This document shows, piece by piece, positions 11,582 through 20,559 of a DNA stretch of 32,000 nt. A model generated the notes under the pieces. The model made no database searches. It worked only from the letters and a program-made list of their open reading frames with translations, and was not told the origin of the DNA. The stretch lies in NCBI RefSeq assembly GCF_016127575.1, contig NZ_CP066019.1, forward strand, positions 870,001 to 902,000, written 5' to 3'. Both the position numbers and the translations under genes were made by a program. Origin of the DNA: Cupriavidus necator. GTDB taxonomy: Bacteria; Pseudomonadota; Gammaproteobacteria; Burkholderiales; Burkholderiaceae. Every line of letters starts with the position of its first letter. The first letter of the stretch is position 1.

Positions 11582-12415
11582 ATGGCGTACGACAGCATCC
11601 TGGTCCATCTCGACGGCAACCGGCAGGCCATGCAGCGCTTGCAGGTTGCGGCACGCCTTGCCACCGCCAGCCAGTGTCCGCTGATCGGCCTGCTGGCCGG
11701 GCGCGTGCCAGACCCCAGCTGGTTCTACCGCATGAACAATGCCCAGCGCTGCCTGGCCGAAGACCAGGAGCGGCGCCGGCTGCAGCGCGAGAACATGCGT
11801 TGTGCCTTCGCGGCCGCCACGCGCGAGCTGGCGGTTGCCTGCGACTGGCGCACCGTCGAGCGCGATCCGGTGCCACTGGCGCTGCGCGAGGCGCGCGAGG
11901 CCGGCCTGATCGTCTCCGGCCAGTATGACGCCGACAACGCTGAAGGCCCGGTGGCGCGGCAGCTGTTGGAGGCGCTGCTGCTTGAGAGCGGCCGGCCGGC
12001 GCTGGTGGTGCCCTGTTCCGGCGCTTTCGCCACCGTGGGCACACGCGTGCTGGTGGCCTGGAACGGCAGCCGCGAGGCCGCGCGTGCCTTGCACGACGCG
12101 CTGCCGCTGATGGCCGGGGCACGCGCGCGGGTGCTGGGCGCCCATGCCGCCAGGGAGCCGCGTGCCGATGCCACTCCGGTCAGCCATGCCGTGCACGTGC
12201 TGGAGCGACAGGGTGTGGCAGTTGAGGTGGAGCACGGCCCGGGCGGTGGCGACCTGGCCATCGGTGAGCTGATCCTGTCGCGAGCGTCGGACTTTGGTGC
12301 CGACCTGATCGTGATGGGCGCCTACGGCCACGGCCGGCTGCGCGAGCTGGTGCTGGGCGGCGTGACCAGGGTGGTGCTGGAGTCGATGACGGTGCCGGTG
12401 CTGTTCTCGCACTGA
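11582..12415 (+). CDS. Universal stress protein family (two Usp domains)
   Basis: 277 aa. It starts ILVHLDG and ends with a typical UspA signature (DLIVMGAYGHGRLRELVLGGVTRVVLESMTVPVLFSH). Its length is consistent with a tandem Usp. Confidence 0.8.
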   Translation: MAYDSILVHLDGNRQAMQRLQVAARLATASQCPLIGLLAGRVPDPSWFYRMNNAQRCLAEDQERRRLQRENMRCAFAAATRELAVACDWRTVERDPVPLALREAREAGLIVSGQYDADNAEGPVARQLLEALLLESGRPALVVPCSGAFATVGTRVLVAWNGSREAARALHDALPLMAGARARVLGAHAAREPRADATPVSHAVHVLERQGVAVEVEHGPGGGDLAIGELILSRASDFGADLIVMGAYGHGRLRELVLGGVTRVVLESMTVPVLFSH

Positions 12416-12473
12416 AGCGCAGCGCCAGGGTTCATGCGGCAAGCCCCTCCAGCGCGGCGCCCCCCGGTGGTCT

Positions 12474-13499
12474 TCAGTCGACCGTGATGTGGTTGGCCTG
12501 GATCACCTTGCCCCACACGCCCACGTCGTCGCGCACGGTCTGCGCGAACTGCTCGGCACTCCTGGCGGGCGCCATGCCCATGTTCAGCTGCAGGAAGCGC
12601 TCGCGCATGGGCGCGTCAGCCAGCAGGCGGGTCACTTCCGCATTGAGCCGCTGCACGATGGCGGCACTGGTGCCGGCCGGCGCGAACAGGCCATACCAGC
12701 TGTCGGTATCGAACCGGTAGCCCTGTTCAGTCATGGTCGGCACGTCCGGCGTGGCCGGCGCGCGGCGCGTGCCGCTGATGGCCAGCGCGCGCAGCTTGCC
12801 GGCGCGGATCAGCGGCAGCGACGACGAGGTATCGACAAAGGCCACCTTGACCACGCCGCCCTGCATGTCGGTCAGGATCTGCGCCACGCCCTTGTACGGC
12901 ACGTGGCGCAGCTTCATGCCGGTCTGCATCTTGAGGGCTTCCATGGTCAGGTGGCCGCCCGAGCCGATGCCCCATGAGCCGTAGTCGTATGCATCCGGGC
13001 GCTTGAGCACGTGGGCGACGAGCTCCTTGAGCGTGCGCGCCGGGAAGTCCGGCGTCACCACCAGGAAATTGCCGCCCGCGCCGACCTGCGCCACCGGCAA
13101 CAGGTCGCGCAGGCCGTCATAGGGCAGCCTGGGCTGCAGGGTCTGGTTGATCACCACCGTGGCGGCATAGGTGAACAGAAGCGTGTAGCCGTCGGGGCTG
13201 GCCTTGGCCACGGTATCGTTGCCGATGATGCCGGTCGCGCCGGGCTTGTTGTCGACCACGATGGTCTGGCCCAGCGCCTTGCCGAGCGATGCGGCCAGCG
13301 CGCGCGCGAACAGGTCGGTGCCGCCGCCGGGCGGGGCCGGCACCACCAGCCGGATGGGCTTGGCGGGCCAGGCATTGCTGGCGCATAGCGGGCCGGCCGC
13401 AGCACCAAGACCAAGTGCGGCAAGCGCGCGCAGCACGTCGCGCCGGCGCGCGGCGTTGCCAGGCAGTTCCGTCGGAGCCGGGTTCATTGCTCGGGGCAT
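12474..13499 (-). CDS. Bug-family (TctC-like) tripartite tricarboxylate transporter substrate-binding protein
   Basis: It has a Tat-like signal (RRRDVLRALAALGLGAAA) and Bug hallmarks (PIRLVVPAPPGGGTDLFAR, VVDNKPGATGIIG, PDGYTLLF, HVPYKG). It lies immediately downstream of the MBL-fold gene, with GGAGAC as its RBS. Confidence 0.9.
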   Translation of the reverse strand: MPRAMNPAPTELPGNAARRRDVLRALAALGLGAAAGPLCASNAWPAKPIRLVVPAPPGGGTDLFARALAASLGKALGQTIVVDNKPGATGIIGNDTVAKASPDGYTLLFTYAATVVINQTLQPRLPYDGLRDLLPVAQVGAGGNFLVVTPDFPARTLKELVAHVLKRPDAYDYGSWGIGSGGHLTMEALKMQTGMKLRHVPYKGVAQILTDMQGGVVKVAFVDTSSSLPLIRAGKLRALAISGTRRAPATPDVPTMTEQGYRFDTDSWYGLFAPAGTSAAIVQRLNAEVTRLLADAPMRERFLQLNMGMAPARSAEQFAQTVRDDVGVWGKVIQANHITVD

Positions 13500-13508
13500 G
13501 GCGTCTCC

Positions 13509-14762
13509 CTAGTGCATGCCGAAGTTGTCCGCCGCGTCGCTTTCCAGCGCGTCGGCGGCCGCGCCGTACAGGCTGCGCGACACATAGCTGCGGATCTGCG
13601 TGGCGCGCTGGCGCAGCCAGGCGGCCTTGAGTTGGCGGGCCTCGCGCACGGTGGGCGTTTCATCGGGCGCCAGCGCCAGCACGTCGATCACGTGCAGCGC
13701 CAGCTGCGTGTCGCCGCGCGCGGCCAGGGCCTGCGCGTGGCGGATCAGTGCGCCATGGTCGGCCACGGCCGCGGCGATCTCGGCGGCCGCCTGTTGAGGC
13801 GCGGCTGGATGCAGCGTGGTGGCATTGCGGTCCCACCAGCCGTTCTCAGAGCGGTAGATGTCGCGCGCGATGTAGCTGGGGTCGCCATAGGTGGGGCGCA
13901 TCCAGGGCTGGTCGAACAGGTCCGCCGGCGGCTTGAGCGCGGCCAGCACCTGGCGTTCGTTGCAGCCGGCGTTCATCAGCCGCACCACCTCCGCGCGCAG
14001 CCAGCGCAGGGCCCTGGCGGTCTGGCACAGCACGCGCTGGCATTCTTCCTCGCCCTGCAGCGTGGCGCCGAACTCTTGCACCACGGTGCGCGGCTGCAGG
14101 CCGGCCAAGCGTTCCAGCGTATCGGCCCAGCGCACGGTGTCGCGCATCGTGCGGAAGGGGGTGCCGATGTTCGGGATCGAATCGATCACCGCGGGGCCGC
14201 CGTACAGCAGGCGCCGGCCCGGCAGCCAGACCGCCACGGCGTCGTCGGTCTCGGACGGTGCCCACAGGATTTCCGCGCGGCGCTCGCCCCGGCCCAGGGT
14301 CAGGCCATCGGCGAAGGTCTCGGTGGGTTCGATGTGGACCAGCTTTCCCGCCAGCGCGCCGGCCGGCTGGCGGAACTGGATCTCTGCCATGCGCTCCTGC
14401 ATGCGCTGGGTCTCGCGGTAGCGCGCCTGCCGCGCCAGCACGTTGACGTGGGCCAGCACCCGTGGCGCGGGCTCGCCGCGCGCGGCGGCGTGGTCCAGCC
14501 ATTGCTGCAGGCCGGCGTTGTAGCCCATATGGCCGTGGCTGTAGCAGACTGCCAGCACCGGCAGCCCGGTCTGCGTGCGCAGCGCCTCGATCATGCCGCG
14601 CGTGACGCGCCCGCCGGGGCCGCTGTCGACCACCAGCAGGCCGCCGCCCACGTCGGCGACAAAGCTCTGCCCTTGTCCGTGCAGCAGCCACACGCCGTCG
14701 CTGACGCTTTCGATGCCGGTGCCAGTGACCAGTGCGGCCGGCCGGTCCTCAATGTCCTGCAT
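13509..14762 (-). CDS. MBL-fold / alkyl-sulfatase-like protein (MBL domain plus alkyl-sulfatase dimerisation-like domain, no SCP2 tail)
   Basis: The start was trimmed to the ATG at 14760-14762 with GAGGAGG upstream. Its architecture and several blocks (GGLLVVDSGPG, PVLAVCYSHGHMGY, YGDPSYIARDIYRSENGWWD, and the C-terminal helical part ALAARGDTQLALHVIDVLALAP) resemble SdsA1/YjcS-type alkylsulfatases. The metal motif is degenerate (see findings). Confidence 0.65.
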   Translation of the reverse strand: MQDIEDRPAALVTGTGIESVSDGVWLLHGQGQSFVADVGGGLLVVDSGPGGRVTRGMIEALRTQTGLPVLAVCYSHGHMGYNAGLQQWLDHAAARGEPAPRVLAHVNVLARQARYRETQRMQERMAEIQFRQPAGALAGKLVHIEPTETFADGLTLGRGERRAEILWAPSETDDAVAVWLPGRRLLYGGPAVIDSIPNIGTPFRTMRDTVRWADTLERLAGLQPRTVVQEFGATLQGEEECQRVLCQTARALRWLRAEVVRLMNAGCNERQVLAALKPPADLFDQPWMRPTYGDPSYIARDIYRSENGWWDRNATTLHPAAPQQAAAEIAAAVADHGALIRHAQALAARGDTQLALHVIDVLALAPDETPTVREARQLKAAWLRQRATQIRSYVSRSLYGAAADALESDAADNFGMH

Positions 14763-14817
14763 GCTTGCCTCCTCTGCGAACCAGGTCGCGTCCAGCGCAA
14801 CTGTCACGCAAGAAGGG

Positions 14818-14853
14818 GCATCCCGGGGATTGGGGAAAATCCCGCCGGGATGC
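14818..14853 (-). terminator. Strong hairpin between the LysR stop and the MBL-fold gene start (possible terminator or attenuator)
   Basis: GCATCCCGG-GGATT-(loop GGGGAA)-AATCC-CG-CCGGGATGC forms a 9+5 bp stem with a 2-nt bulge. On the minus strand it is followed by CCCTTCTTGCG, which is only a weak U-tract. Confidence 0.3.
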
Positions 14854-14984
14854 GGCGAACCGGCCGCAAACCAAGCGCCGGTGCGGCCCGGCGGAGGTTT
14901 TGGAATTTCATGTGTAAACCGCTGGTTAGCACCGCGCGGGTGCAGGGAGTTCCCCGCCGGCACGCGCTGCGGTAGCGGCTGCCT

Positions 14985-15917
14985 TCAGTCAAGTCGGCGC
15001 AGCGGACTGTCAGGCAGGTTGGACAGATAGTGGACTTCACGCCGCAGCAAGGTGGCGAACTGCGCCGCCACCGGCGTCATCGGCGAATCGGCGCGGTAGA
15101 TCAGGCTGACGGTGTGGCTGGGCAGCTTGTCCTCGATCGGCAACGGCACCAGGCCATTGGCGGCCAGCCGGCCTGCCACCATCTGGCGCGGCAGCATGCA
15201 CAGCAGGTGGCGGTCCTGCATCAGGTGCTCGATCATGCCGATGGTGTCGCAGCGCACTGCCACGCGCGGCAATGGCAGATCGCGTTCACGGAAGGCATCG
15301 AGGATGGCGGCGCCCGGGCCGTGCATGCGCTGGCCGGTCAGGATCCAGTCCGAGCCGATCAGTTCGCGCAGGCTGCGGGCGTTGCGCAGCGGATGCTCGC
15401 GGTGCGCCATCACGACCGAGTCGTTGTTGTAGAGCGGCTCGCAGGTGAATTCGCGCTCGATGCCCTCATCCGGGACCGGGCTGACTGCCATGTCCATCAC
15501 GCCCGAGCGCAGTTCGTCCAGGTGGGTCGGGTAGCCCCAGCTGTCGATGCACACCAGCACGTCGGGGTGCTGGACGCGAAAGCGCTTGACCACCGCGGGC
15601 AGCAGCACATGCGCCGGGCCGCGGGTGGTGCCGACGCGCACCACGCCGTTGCGCGCGCCCAGCATCTGCGCCATTTCCTCGCTGGCCTTGCGGGCCTCGG
15701 TGGCGATCAGCCGCGCGCGCCGCAGGAAGGCATCGCCGTAGCGCGACAGCACCACGCCGCGGGTGGTGCGGGTCAGCAGCGGCACATGCAGCTCCTCTTC
15801 CAGCTGGCGGATGCTCTTGGTCAGTGCCGGTGCCGACACGTCGCGCGCACGGGCCCCGGCGCGGATGCTGCCGTGCTCGGCCACGGCGATGAAGTCCTGG
15901 ACTTGGCTCAGACGCAT
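14985..15917 (-). CDS. LysR-family transcriptional regulator
   Basis: The start was trimmed to the ATG at 15915-15917. It has a wHTH (MRLSQVQDFIAVAEHGSIRAGARARDVSAPALTKSIRQLEEELHVPLLTR) plus a LysR substrate-binding domain. It is divergent from the CoA-transferase operon. Confidence 0.9.
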   Translation of the reverse strand: MRLSQVQDFIAVAEHGSIRAGARARDVSAPALTKSIRQLEEELHVPLLTRTTRGVVLSRYGDAFLRRARLIATEARKASEEMAQMLGARNGVVRVGTTRGPAHVLLPAVVKRFRVQHPDVLVCIDSWGYPTHLDELRSGVMDMAVSPVPDEGIEREFTCEPLYNNDSVVMAHREHPLRNARSLRELIGSDWILTGQRMHGPGAAILDAFRERDLPLPRVAVRCDTIGMIEHLMQDRHLLCMLPRQMVAGRLAANGLVPLPIEDKLPSHTVSLIYRADSPMTPVAAQFATLLRREVHYLSNLPDSPLRRLD

Positions 15918-15991
15918 GGATTTGGCTCCACTCAAACGACGCACTGGGCGCACAGCATAGCGGCATTCCGGCGGGTTCGGGATAACCCCAG

Positions 15992-16014
15992 GGTGCTAAC
16001 CATTGGTTTGCACC
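15992..16014. promoter_or_regulatory. Near-perfect 23-bp palindrome in the LysR/CoA-transferase divergent region (candidate operator)
   Basis: GGTGC-T-AACCA-T-TGGTT-T-GCACC. Both arm pairs are perfectly complementary. It lies about 75 nt from the LysR start and about 100 nt from the CoA-transferase start. Confidence 0.35.
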
Positions 16015-16117
16015 GAGGCAGTTTTAGCATCTGCCGTGATGCGCCGTGCCAACGCATGATCGCTCCACATCGTCGCAAACCGCCGGCCGCGCCGGCATCT
16101 TCGAGGAGTGGCATCGC

Positions 16118-17341
16118 ATGACGAACCGGCAAGACCTGCCGCTGGCAGGCATACGCGTGGCGGAGTTCGGGCAGTTCATCGCGGCGCCGGGCGCGGCCAT
16201 GATGCTGGCCGACCTGGGCGCCGACGTGGTCAAGGTGGAGGCCTTGCGCGGCGACAGCGCGCGGCGCTTTGACGGCACCAGCCCGCAGAGCCCGATGTAC
16301 CTGGCCTACAACCGCGGCAAGCGCGGCATAGCGCTGGACCTGCGCACGCCCGGCGGGCTGGACGCCGCACGGCGGCTGGCGCTGGCCAGCGACGTGGTGC
16401 TGCACAACACCCGCGCCGGCGTGATGGAAGCGCTGGGGCTGGACGCCGCCACGCTGCGCGCGGCGCGTCCCGACCTGATCCATGCCTCCATCAGCGGCTT
16501 CGGCACGCGTGGGCCGTCGCGCACGCGCCCCGGGCTGGATATTGCCGCGCAGGCCGAGAGCGGCATGATGTCCGTCACCGGCGAGGCCGGCGGGCAGCCG
16601 CTGAAGGCCGGTTTTGCGCTGATCGACGCGGCCACCGCGCTGGCGACCGGCAACGCCATCCTGGCGGCGCTGTTCCGGCGCGAGCGCACCGGCGCCGGCG
16701 AGACCATCGAGACCTCGCTGCTGTCGGTCGGCGTGCAGATGCAGGCCCAGCTGTGGGCCGAGTACCAGTGCTCCGGCGCGCTGCCGGTGCGCAGCGGCAA
16801 CAGCCAGCCCAAGGCCGCGCCGGCCGCGGATGTGATCGCGGTGGCGGACGGGCATATCGTGCTGTCGGCCTATCTCGACGAGCACTGGACGCGCCTGTGC
16901 GAGGCCATCGGCCAGCCGGCGCTGGCGCACGATCCGCGCTTTGCCTGCAACGCGCTGCGCGTGCAGAACCGCCCGGCGCTGCTGGCCATCCTGCACGACG
17001 CCATGCGCCACCTCAGCGGCGACGCCGCGCGCACGCTGCTGGAGCGCCACCAGGTGGTGGTGGGCGTGGTGCGCGACTACCACCAGGTCAACGCGAGCCC
17101 CGACGTGCGCGCCAGTGGCGTGCTGCAAGCCGTTGACGACGGCGAGGGCGGCCAGCTGGAGCTGCCGGGACTGCCCTTCACCATGGCCAGCATGCCGGCA
17201 GGCGCGATGCCCGCGGTGCCGCGCCTCGGCCAGCATACGACCGAGGTGCTGGCCGAGCTCGGCTTCAGCGCCGCGGAGATTCACACCATGGCCCGCGCCG
17301 GCGCGATCGGCGTGGAACAAGCCCGGCAGGAGCCCGCATGA
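16118..17341 (+). CDS. Family III CoA-transferase (CaiB/BaiF/Frc type)
   Basis: The start was trimmed to the ATG at 16118 with GAGGAG upstream. It begins LPLAGIRVAEFGQFIAAPGAAMMLADLGADVVKVE, then YLAYNRGKRGIALDL, which is typical of family III CoA-transferases. Confidence 0.9.
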   Translation: MTNRQDLPLAGIRVAEFGQFIAAPGAAMMLADLGADVVKVEALRGDSARRFDGTSPQSPMYLAYNRGKRGIALDLRTPGGLDAARRLALASDVVLHNTRAGVMEALGLDAATLRAARPDLIHASISGFGTRGPSRTRPGLDIAAQAESGMMSVTGEAGGQPLKAGFALIDAATALATGNAILAALFRRERTGAGETIETSLLSVGVQMQAQLWAEYQCSGALPVRSGNSQPKAAPAADVIAVADGHIVLSAYLDEHWTRLCEAIGQPALAHDPRFACNALRVQNRPALLAILHDAMRHLSGDAARTLLERHQVVVGVVRDYHQVNASPDVRASGVLQAVDDGEGGQLELPGLPFTMASMPAGAMPAVPRLGQHTTEVLAELGFSAAEIHTMARAGAIGVEQARQEPA

Positions 17342-18027
17342 ACACCCCCCAATCCCCTGTACTGCTGCAGCGCCATGCCGGCTGGGCCGAGGTGGTGCTG
17401 AACCGCCCGGCCCGCCGCAATGCCGTCGACATGTCGCTGGCACGCGCGCTGGGCGACGCCATCGAGACCCTGGCCGCCGACGACAGCGTGCGCGCCGTGC
17501 TGCTGCGCGGCGCCGACGGCGCCTTCTGTTCCGGCCTGGACCTGCAGGCACTGCAGGCGGAGCGCGGCGGGCTGGCCGCGTTTGCGCCGCTCTGGGAGCG
17601 CGTCCACCTGGGCCTGCTGCAAAGCAGCAAGGCATGGATCGTGGCGCTGGAGCGCCATGCCATCAACGGCGGCGCGGCGCTGGCGCTGGCCGGCGACCTG
17701 CTGGTGTGCGGCGCCGGGGCCTTCCTGCAGATCGGCGAGATCCGCCTGGGCATGGCCGCGCCGCGCAATGCCGACTGGCTGGCGCTGCGCCATTCCGAGG
17801 CCGTGGCCGCGCGCCTGTGCCTGCTTGGCGACCGCGTGCCCGCGCCGGAGCTGCTGCGCCTGGGCATTGCCACCGAACTGGTCGAAGACGCCGAGGTGCT
17901 GGACCGCGCGCGCGGCCTGGCCGCCACCATCGGGGGTTTTCCGGCTGATGGCGTGGCTGCGATCAAGGGCGGCATGCGCGCCGCGACGAGGCGCATGGCA
18001 TCTGCTGCGCGCGACAAGAATTCCTGA
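17338..18027 (+). CDS. Enoyl-CoA hydratase/isomerase (crotonase) family protein
   Basis: 229 aa. It reads VVLNRPARRNAVDMSLARAL...LRGADGAFCSGLDL...AINGGAALALAGDLLVCG. Its ATG overlaps the TGA of the upstream gene (ATGA at 17338-17341). Confidence 0.85.
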   Translation: MNTPQSPVLLQRHAGWAEVVLNRPARRNAVDMSLARALGDAIETLAADDSVRAVLLRGADGAFCSGLDLQALQAERGGLAAFAPLWERVHLGLLQSSKAWIVALERHAINGGAALALAGDLLVCGAGAFLQIGEIRLGMAAPRNADWLALRHSEAVAARLCLLGDRVPAPELLRLGIATELVEDAEVLDRARGLAATIGGFPADGVAAIKGGMRAATRRMASAARDKNS

Positions 18028-18041
18028 GGACCGATATTTCC

Positions 18042-19265
18042 ATGACAGATTCCATCACCACCGACGACGACGCGTCGCTGCAGGACTTCCGCCGCGAGGT
18101 GCGCGAGTTCGTCGCCCGGTCGCTGCCCCATGCCGTGCGCGAGAAAGTCCGCCTCGGACTGGAACTCAGCAAGCCAGAGCTGGTCGACTGGCAGCGCCGG
18201 CTGGCCGAACGCGGCTGGCTGGCGCCGCACTGGCCGGCTGAATGGCAGGGCTGCAACTGGAGCGCCGAGCGCCGCGCCGCATTCCAGGAAGAACTGGTGC
18301 TGGCGCACGCGCCCGAGAGCGGCGGCATCACCTTCGAGATGATCGGCCCGATCCTGATCCGCTACGGCACGCCGGCGCAGCAGCAGTACTTCCTGCCGCG
18401 CATCCTGAACCAGGAGCACTGGTGGTGCCAGGGCTATTCCGAACCGAACTCCGGCTCCGACCTGGCTTCGCTGAAGACGCGTGCGGTGCGCAAGACGCGG
18501 CCCGACGGCACCGAGGTCTACGTGGTCAGCGGCAGCAAGATCTGGACCTCCTACGCGCAGTACGCGGACTGGGTCTTCTGCCTGGTGCGCACCGATACCG
18601 AGGCGCGCGCGCAGCGGGGCATCAGCTTCCTGCTGATCGACATGCGCAGCCCCGGCGTCAGCGTGCGGCCGCTGGTGGGCATCCATGGCTGGCACCTGTT
18701 CAACCAGGTGTTCTTCGACGAGGTGGAAGTGCCGGTGCAGAACCTCGTCGGCGAGGAGAACGCCGGCTGGACCATCGCCAAGTCCCTGCTCGAGCATGAG
18801 CGGCTGAACCTGGCGCGCGTGGCGGAGAACCGCCGCCGCCTGGCCAAGGTGCGCGCCATCGGCAACGAGCTGGAGGAGGGCGGCCAGCCGCTGTCGCAGC
18901 GCCCGTGGTTTGCACGCCGGATGCGCGCGCTGGAGGTGCGGCTCGAAGCGCTGGCTGCAACCGTGCTGCGCTTTCGCAAGCGGGCGCGCGCCGGCGAAAC
19001 GCTGGGGCCGGAGACCGGCATGCTCAAGCTGCTGGGCAGCCGGCTGATCCAGGACATCGAGAACCTGGCGGTCGATGCGCTGGGGCCGGACACGCTGGCC
19101 TATGACCGCGCCGCGCACTTCGAGCCCGCCGTGCCGCAAGCGGGACAGTCGGCGTACGCCGCGGCGGCATCGGCGCGCCGCTTCGTCACCCGCGGCTACT
19201 CCATTGCCGGCGGCTCCAGCGAGATCCAGCACGAACTGCTGGCCAAGCAGGTGCTGGGCCTGTAG
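18042..19265 (+). CDS. Acyl-CoA dehydrogenase family protein (large subunit-like)
   Basis: 407 aa. Motifs include WCQGYSEPNSGSDLASLKT, SGSKIWTSYAQYADW, and a C-terminal IAGGSSEIQHELLAK. Confidence 0.9.
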   Translation: MTDSITTDDDASLQDFRREVREFVARSLPHAVREKVRLGLELSKPELVDWQRRLAERGWLAPHWPAEWQGCNWSAERRAAFQEELVLAHAPESGGITFEMIGPILIRYGTPAQQQYFLPRILNQEHWWCQGYSEPNSGSDLASLKTRAVRKTRPDGTEVYVVSGSKIWTSYAQYADWVFCLVRTDTEARAQRGISFLLIDMRSPGVSVRPLVGIHGWHLFNQVFFDEVEVPVQNLVGEENAGWTIAKSLLEHERLNLARVAENRRRLAKVRAIGNELEEGGQPLSQRPWFARRMRALEVRLEALAATVLRFRKRARAGETLGPETGMLKLLGSRLIQDIENLAVDALGPDTLAYDRAAHFEPAVPQAGQSAYAAAASARRFVTRGYSIAGGSSEIQHELLAKQVLGL

Positions 19266-19308
19266 TGGCTCCAATCGTGCCCGCAACCCAGGACAAGGAA
19301 CTGAACAC

Positions 19309-20454
19309 ATGAGCGATCCAACGGACGATCGCCGCATGCTGCAGGAAAGCGTGCGGCGCTATGTCGAACGCGGCTACGGCTTCGAGCAGCGCCGCGCGGC
19401 GCTGGCCGAGCCCGATGGCTTCTCGCGCAAGCACTGGCAGGCGTTTGCCGAAATGGGCTGGCTGGCCGTGGGGCTGCCCGAAGCCTGCGGCGGCCTGGGC
19501 GATGCCGCGGACCAGGCCCTGCTGGCCGAGGAACTGGGCCGCGCCCAGCCTGCCGAGCCCTGGCTGGCCAATGCCGCGCTGTGCGCGCCGCTGCTGGCCG
19601 CCTGCGGCGATCCCGCCCACGCCGCGATCGCGGCGGCGATGGCCGAGGGTGGCGCGATGCTGGCGCTGGCCGCATGGGAAACGCAGGGACGCTATGACGC
19701 CTTCGATATCAGCACCACCGCGCAACAGCATGAGCCGGGGCAATGGACGCTGGACGGCCGCAAGACCCTGGTGCTGGGCGGCGGCAGCGCCGCGGTGCTG
19801 CTGGTGCTGGCGCGTAGCGGCGGCCAGCGCCGCGACCGCGACGGCCTGACACTGTTCGCGGTGCCGGCCGACATGCGCGGCATCAGCGTCGATGCGCTGC
19901 CGACCTACGACGGCCGCCAGACCGCCAGCGTGACGCTGCGCCGCGCGACCGTGCCGGACAGCGCGCGCATCGGCCCGGTGGACGGCGCCTGGCCGCTGGT
20001 GGAAGCCGCCATCGACCAGGCCACGGTGATGGCCTGCGCCGAAGCCGTGGGCACCATGTCGCGCGCGTTCGACCTGACCCGCGACTACCTGGTGACGCGC
20101 GAGCAGTTCGGCCGCGCGCTGACGGCCAACCAGGTGATCCGGCACCGGCTGGTGGACCTCTATGTCAGCGTCGAGCAGGCACGCGCCATCACCGAGCTGG
20201 CGGCCAACGCCCTGCATGGCGATGCGGTGGCGCGCATGCGCGCGGTATCCCATGCCAAGGCCTTTGTCTCGGATGCCGGGCGCGCGCTCGGCGAAGACGT
20301 GGTGCAGCTGCACGGTGCGGTGGGCATGACCGACGAGATGGAAATCGGCCACTGCTACAAGCGCCTGGCAGCCCACGCCAACCTGTTCGGCGATGCCGAC
20401 TGGCACTACGAACGGCTGGCGGCACTCGATCACGCGGCGCAGGCGCAAGCCTGA
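19309..20454 (+). CDS. Acyl-CoA dehydrogenase family protein (second, more divergent copy)
   Basis: The start was trimmed to the ATG at 19309 with AAGGA upstream. 381 aa with ACAD-fold blocks (LDGRKTLVLGG, REQFGRALTANQVIRHRLVDL, LHGAVGMTDEMEIGHCYKR). Confidence 0.85.
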   Translation: MSDPTDDRRMLQESVRRYVERGYGFEQRRAALAEPDGFSRKHWQAFAEMGWLAVGLPEACGGLGDAADQALLAEELGRAQPAEPWLANAALCAPLLAACGDPAHAAIAAAMAEGGAMLALAAWETQGRYDAFDISTTAQQHEPGQWTLDGRKTLVLGGGSAAVLLVLARSGGQRRDRDGLTLFAVPADMRGISVDALPTYDGRQTASVTLRRATVPDSARIGPVDGAWPLVEAAIDQATVMACAEAVGTMSRAFDLTRDYLVTREQFGRALTANQVIRHRLVDLYVSVEQARAITELAANALHGDAVARMRAVSHAKAFVSDAGRALGEDVVQLHGAVGMTDEMEIGHCYKRLAAHANLFGDADWHYERLAALDHAAQAQA

Positions 20455-20559
20455 GCCGGTTCAGCCAGGGCGCCCGGGCCGCTGCCCGGTGCGCCCACCC
20501 ATGACACGCCGGCAACGCACCGGCATGCGCGGCCAATGCGCCGCAACGGAGACAGCAAT

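Noticed and set aside
13512-14975. A 487-aa + strand ORF covering the whole MBL-fold gene.
   Set aside because: It is an antisense shadow frame with an R/G/A/H/Q-rich low-information sequence. The minus-strand frame has recognisable family blocks and an RBS.
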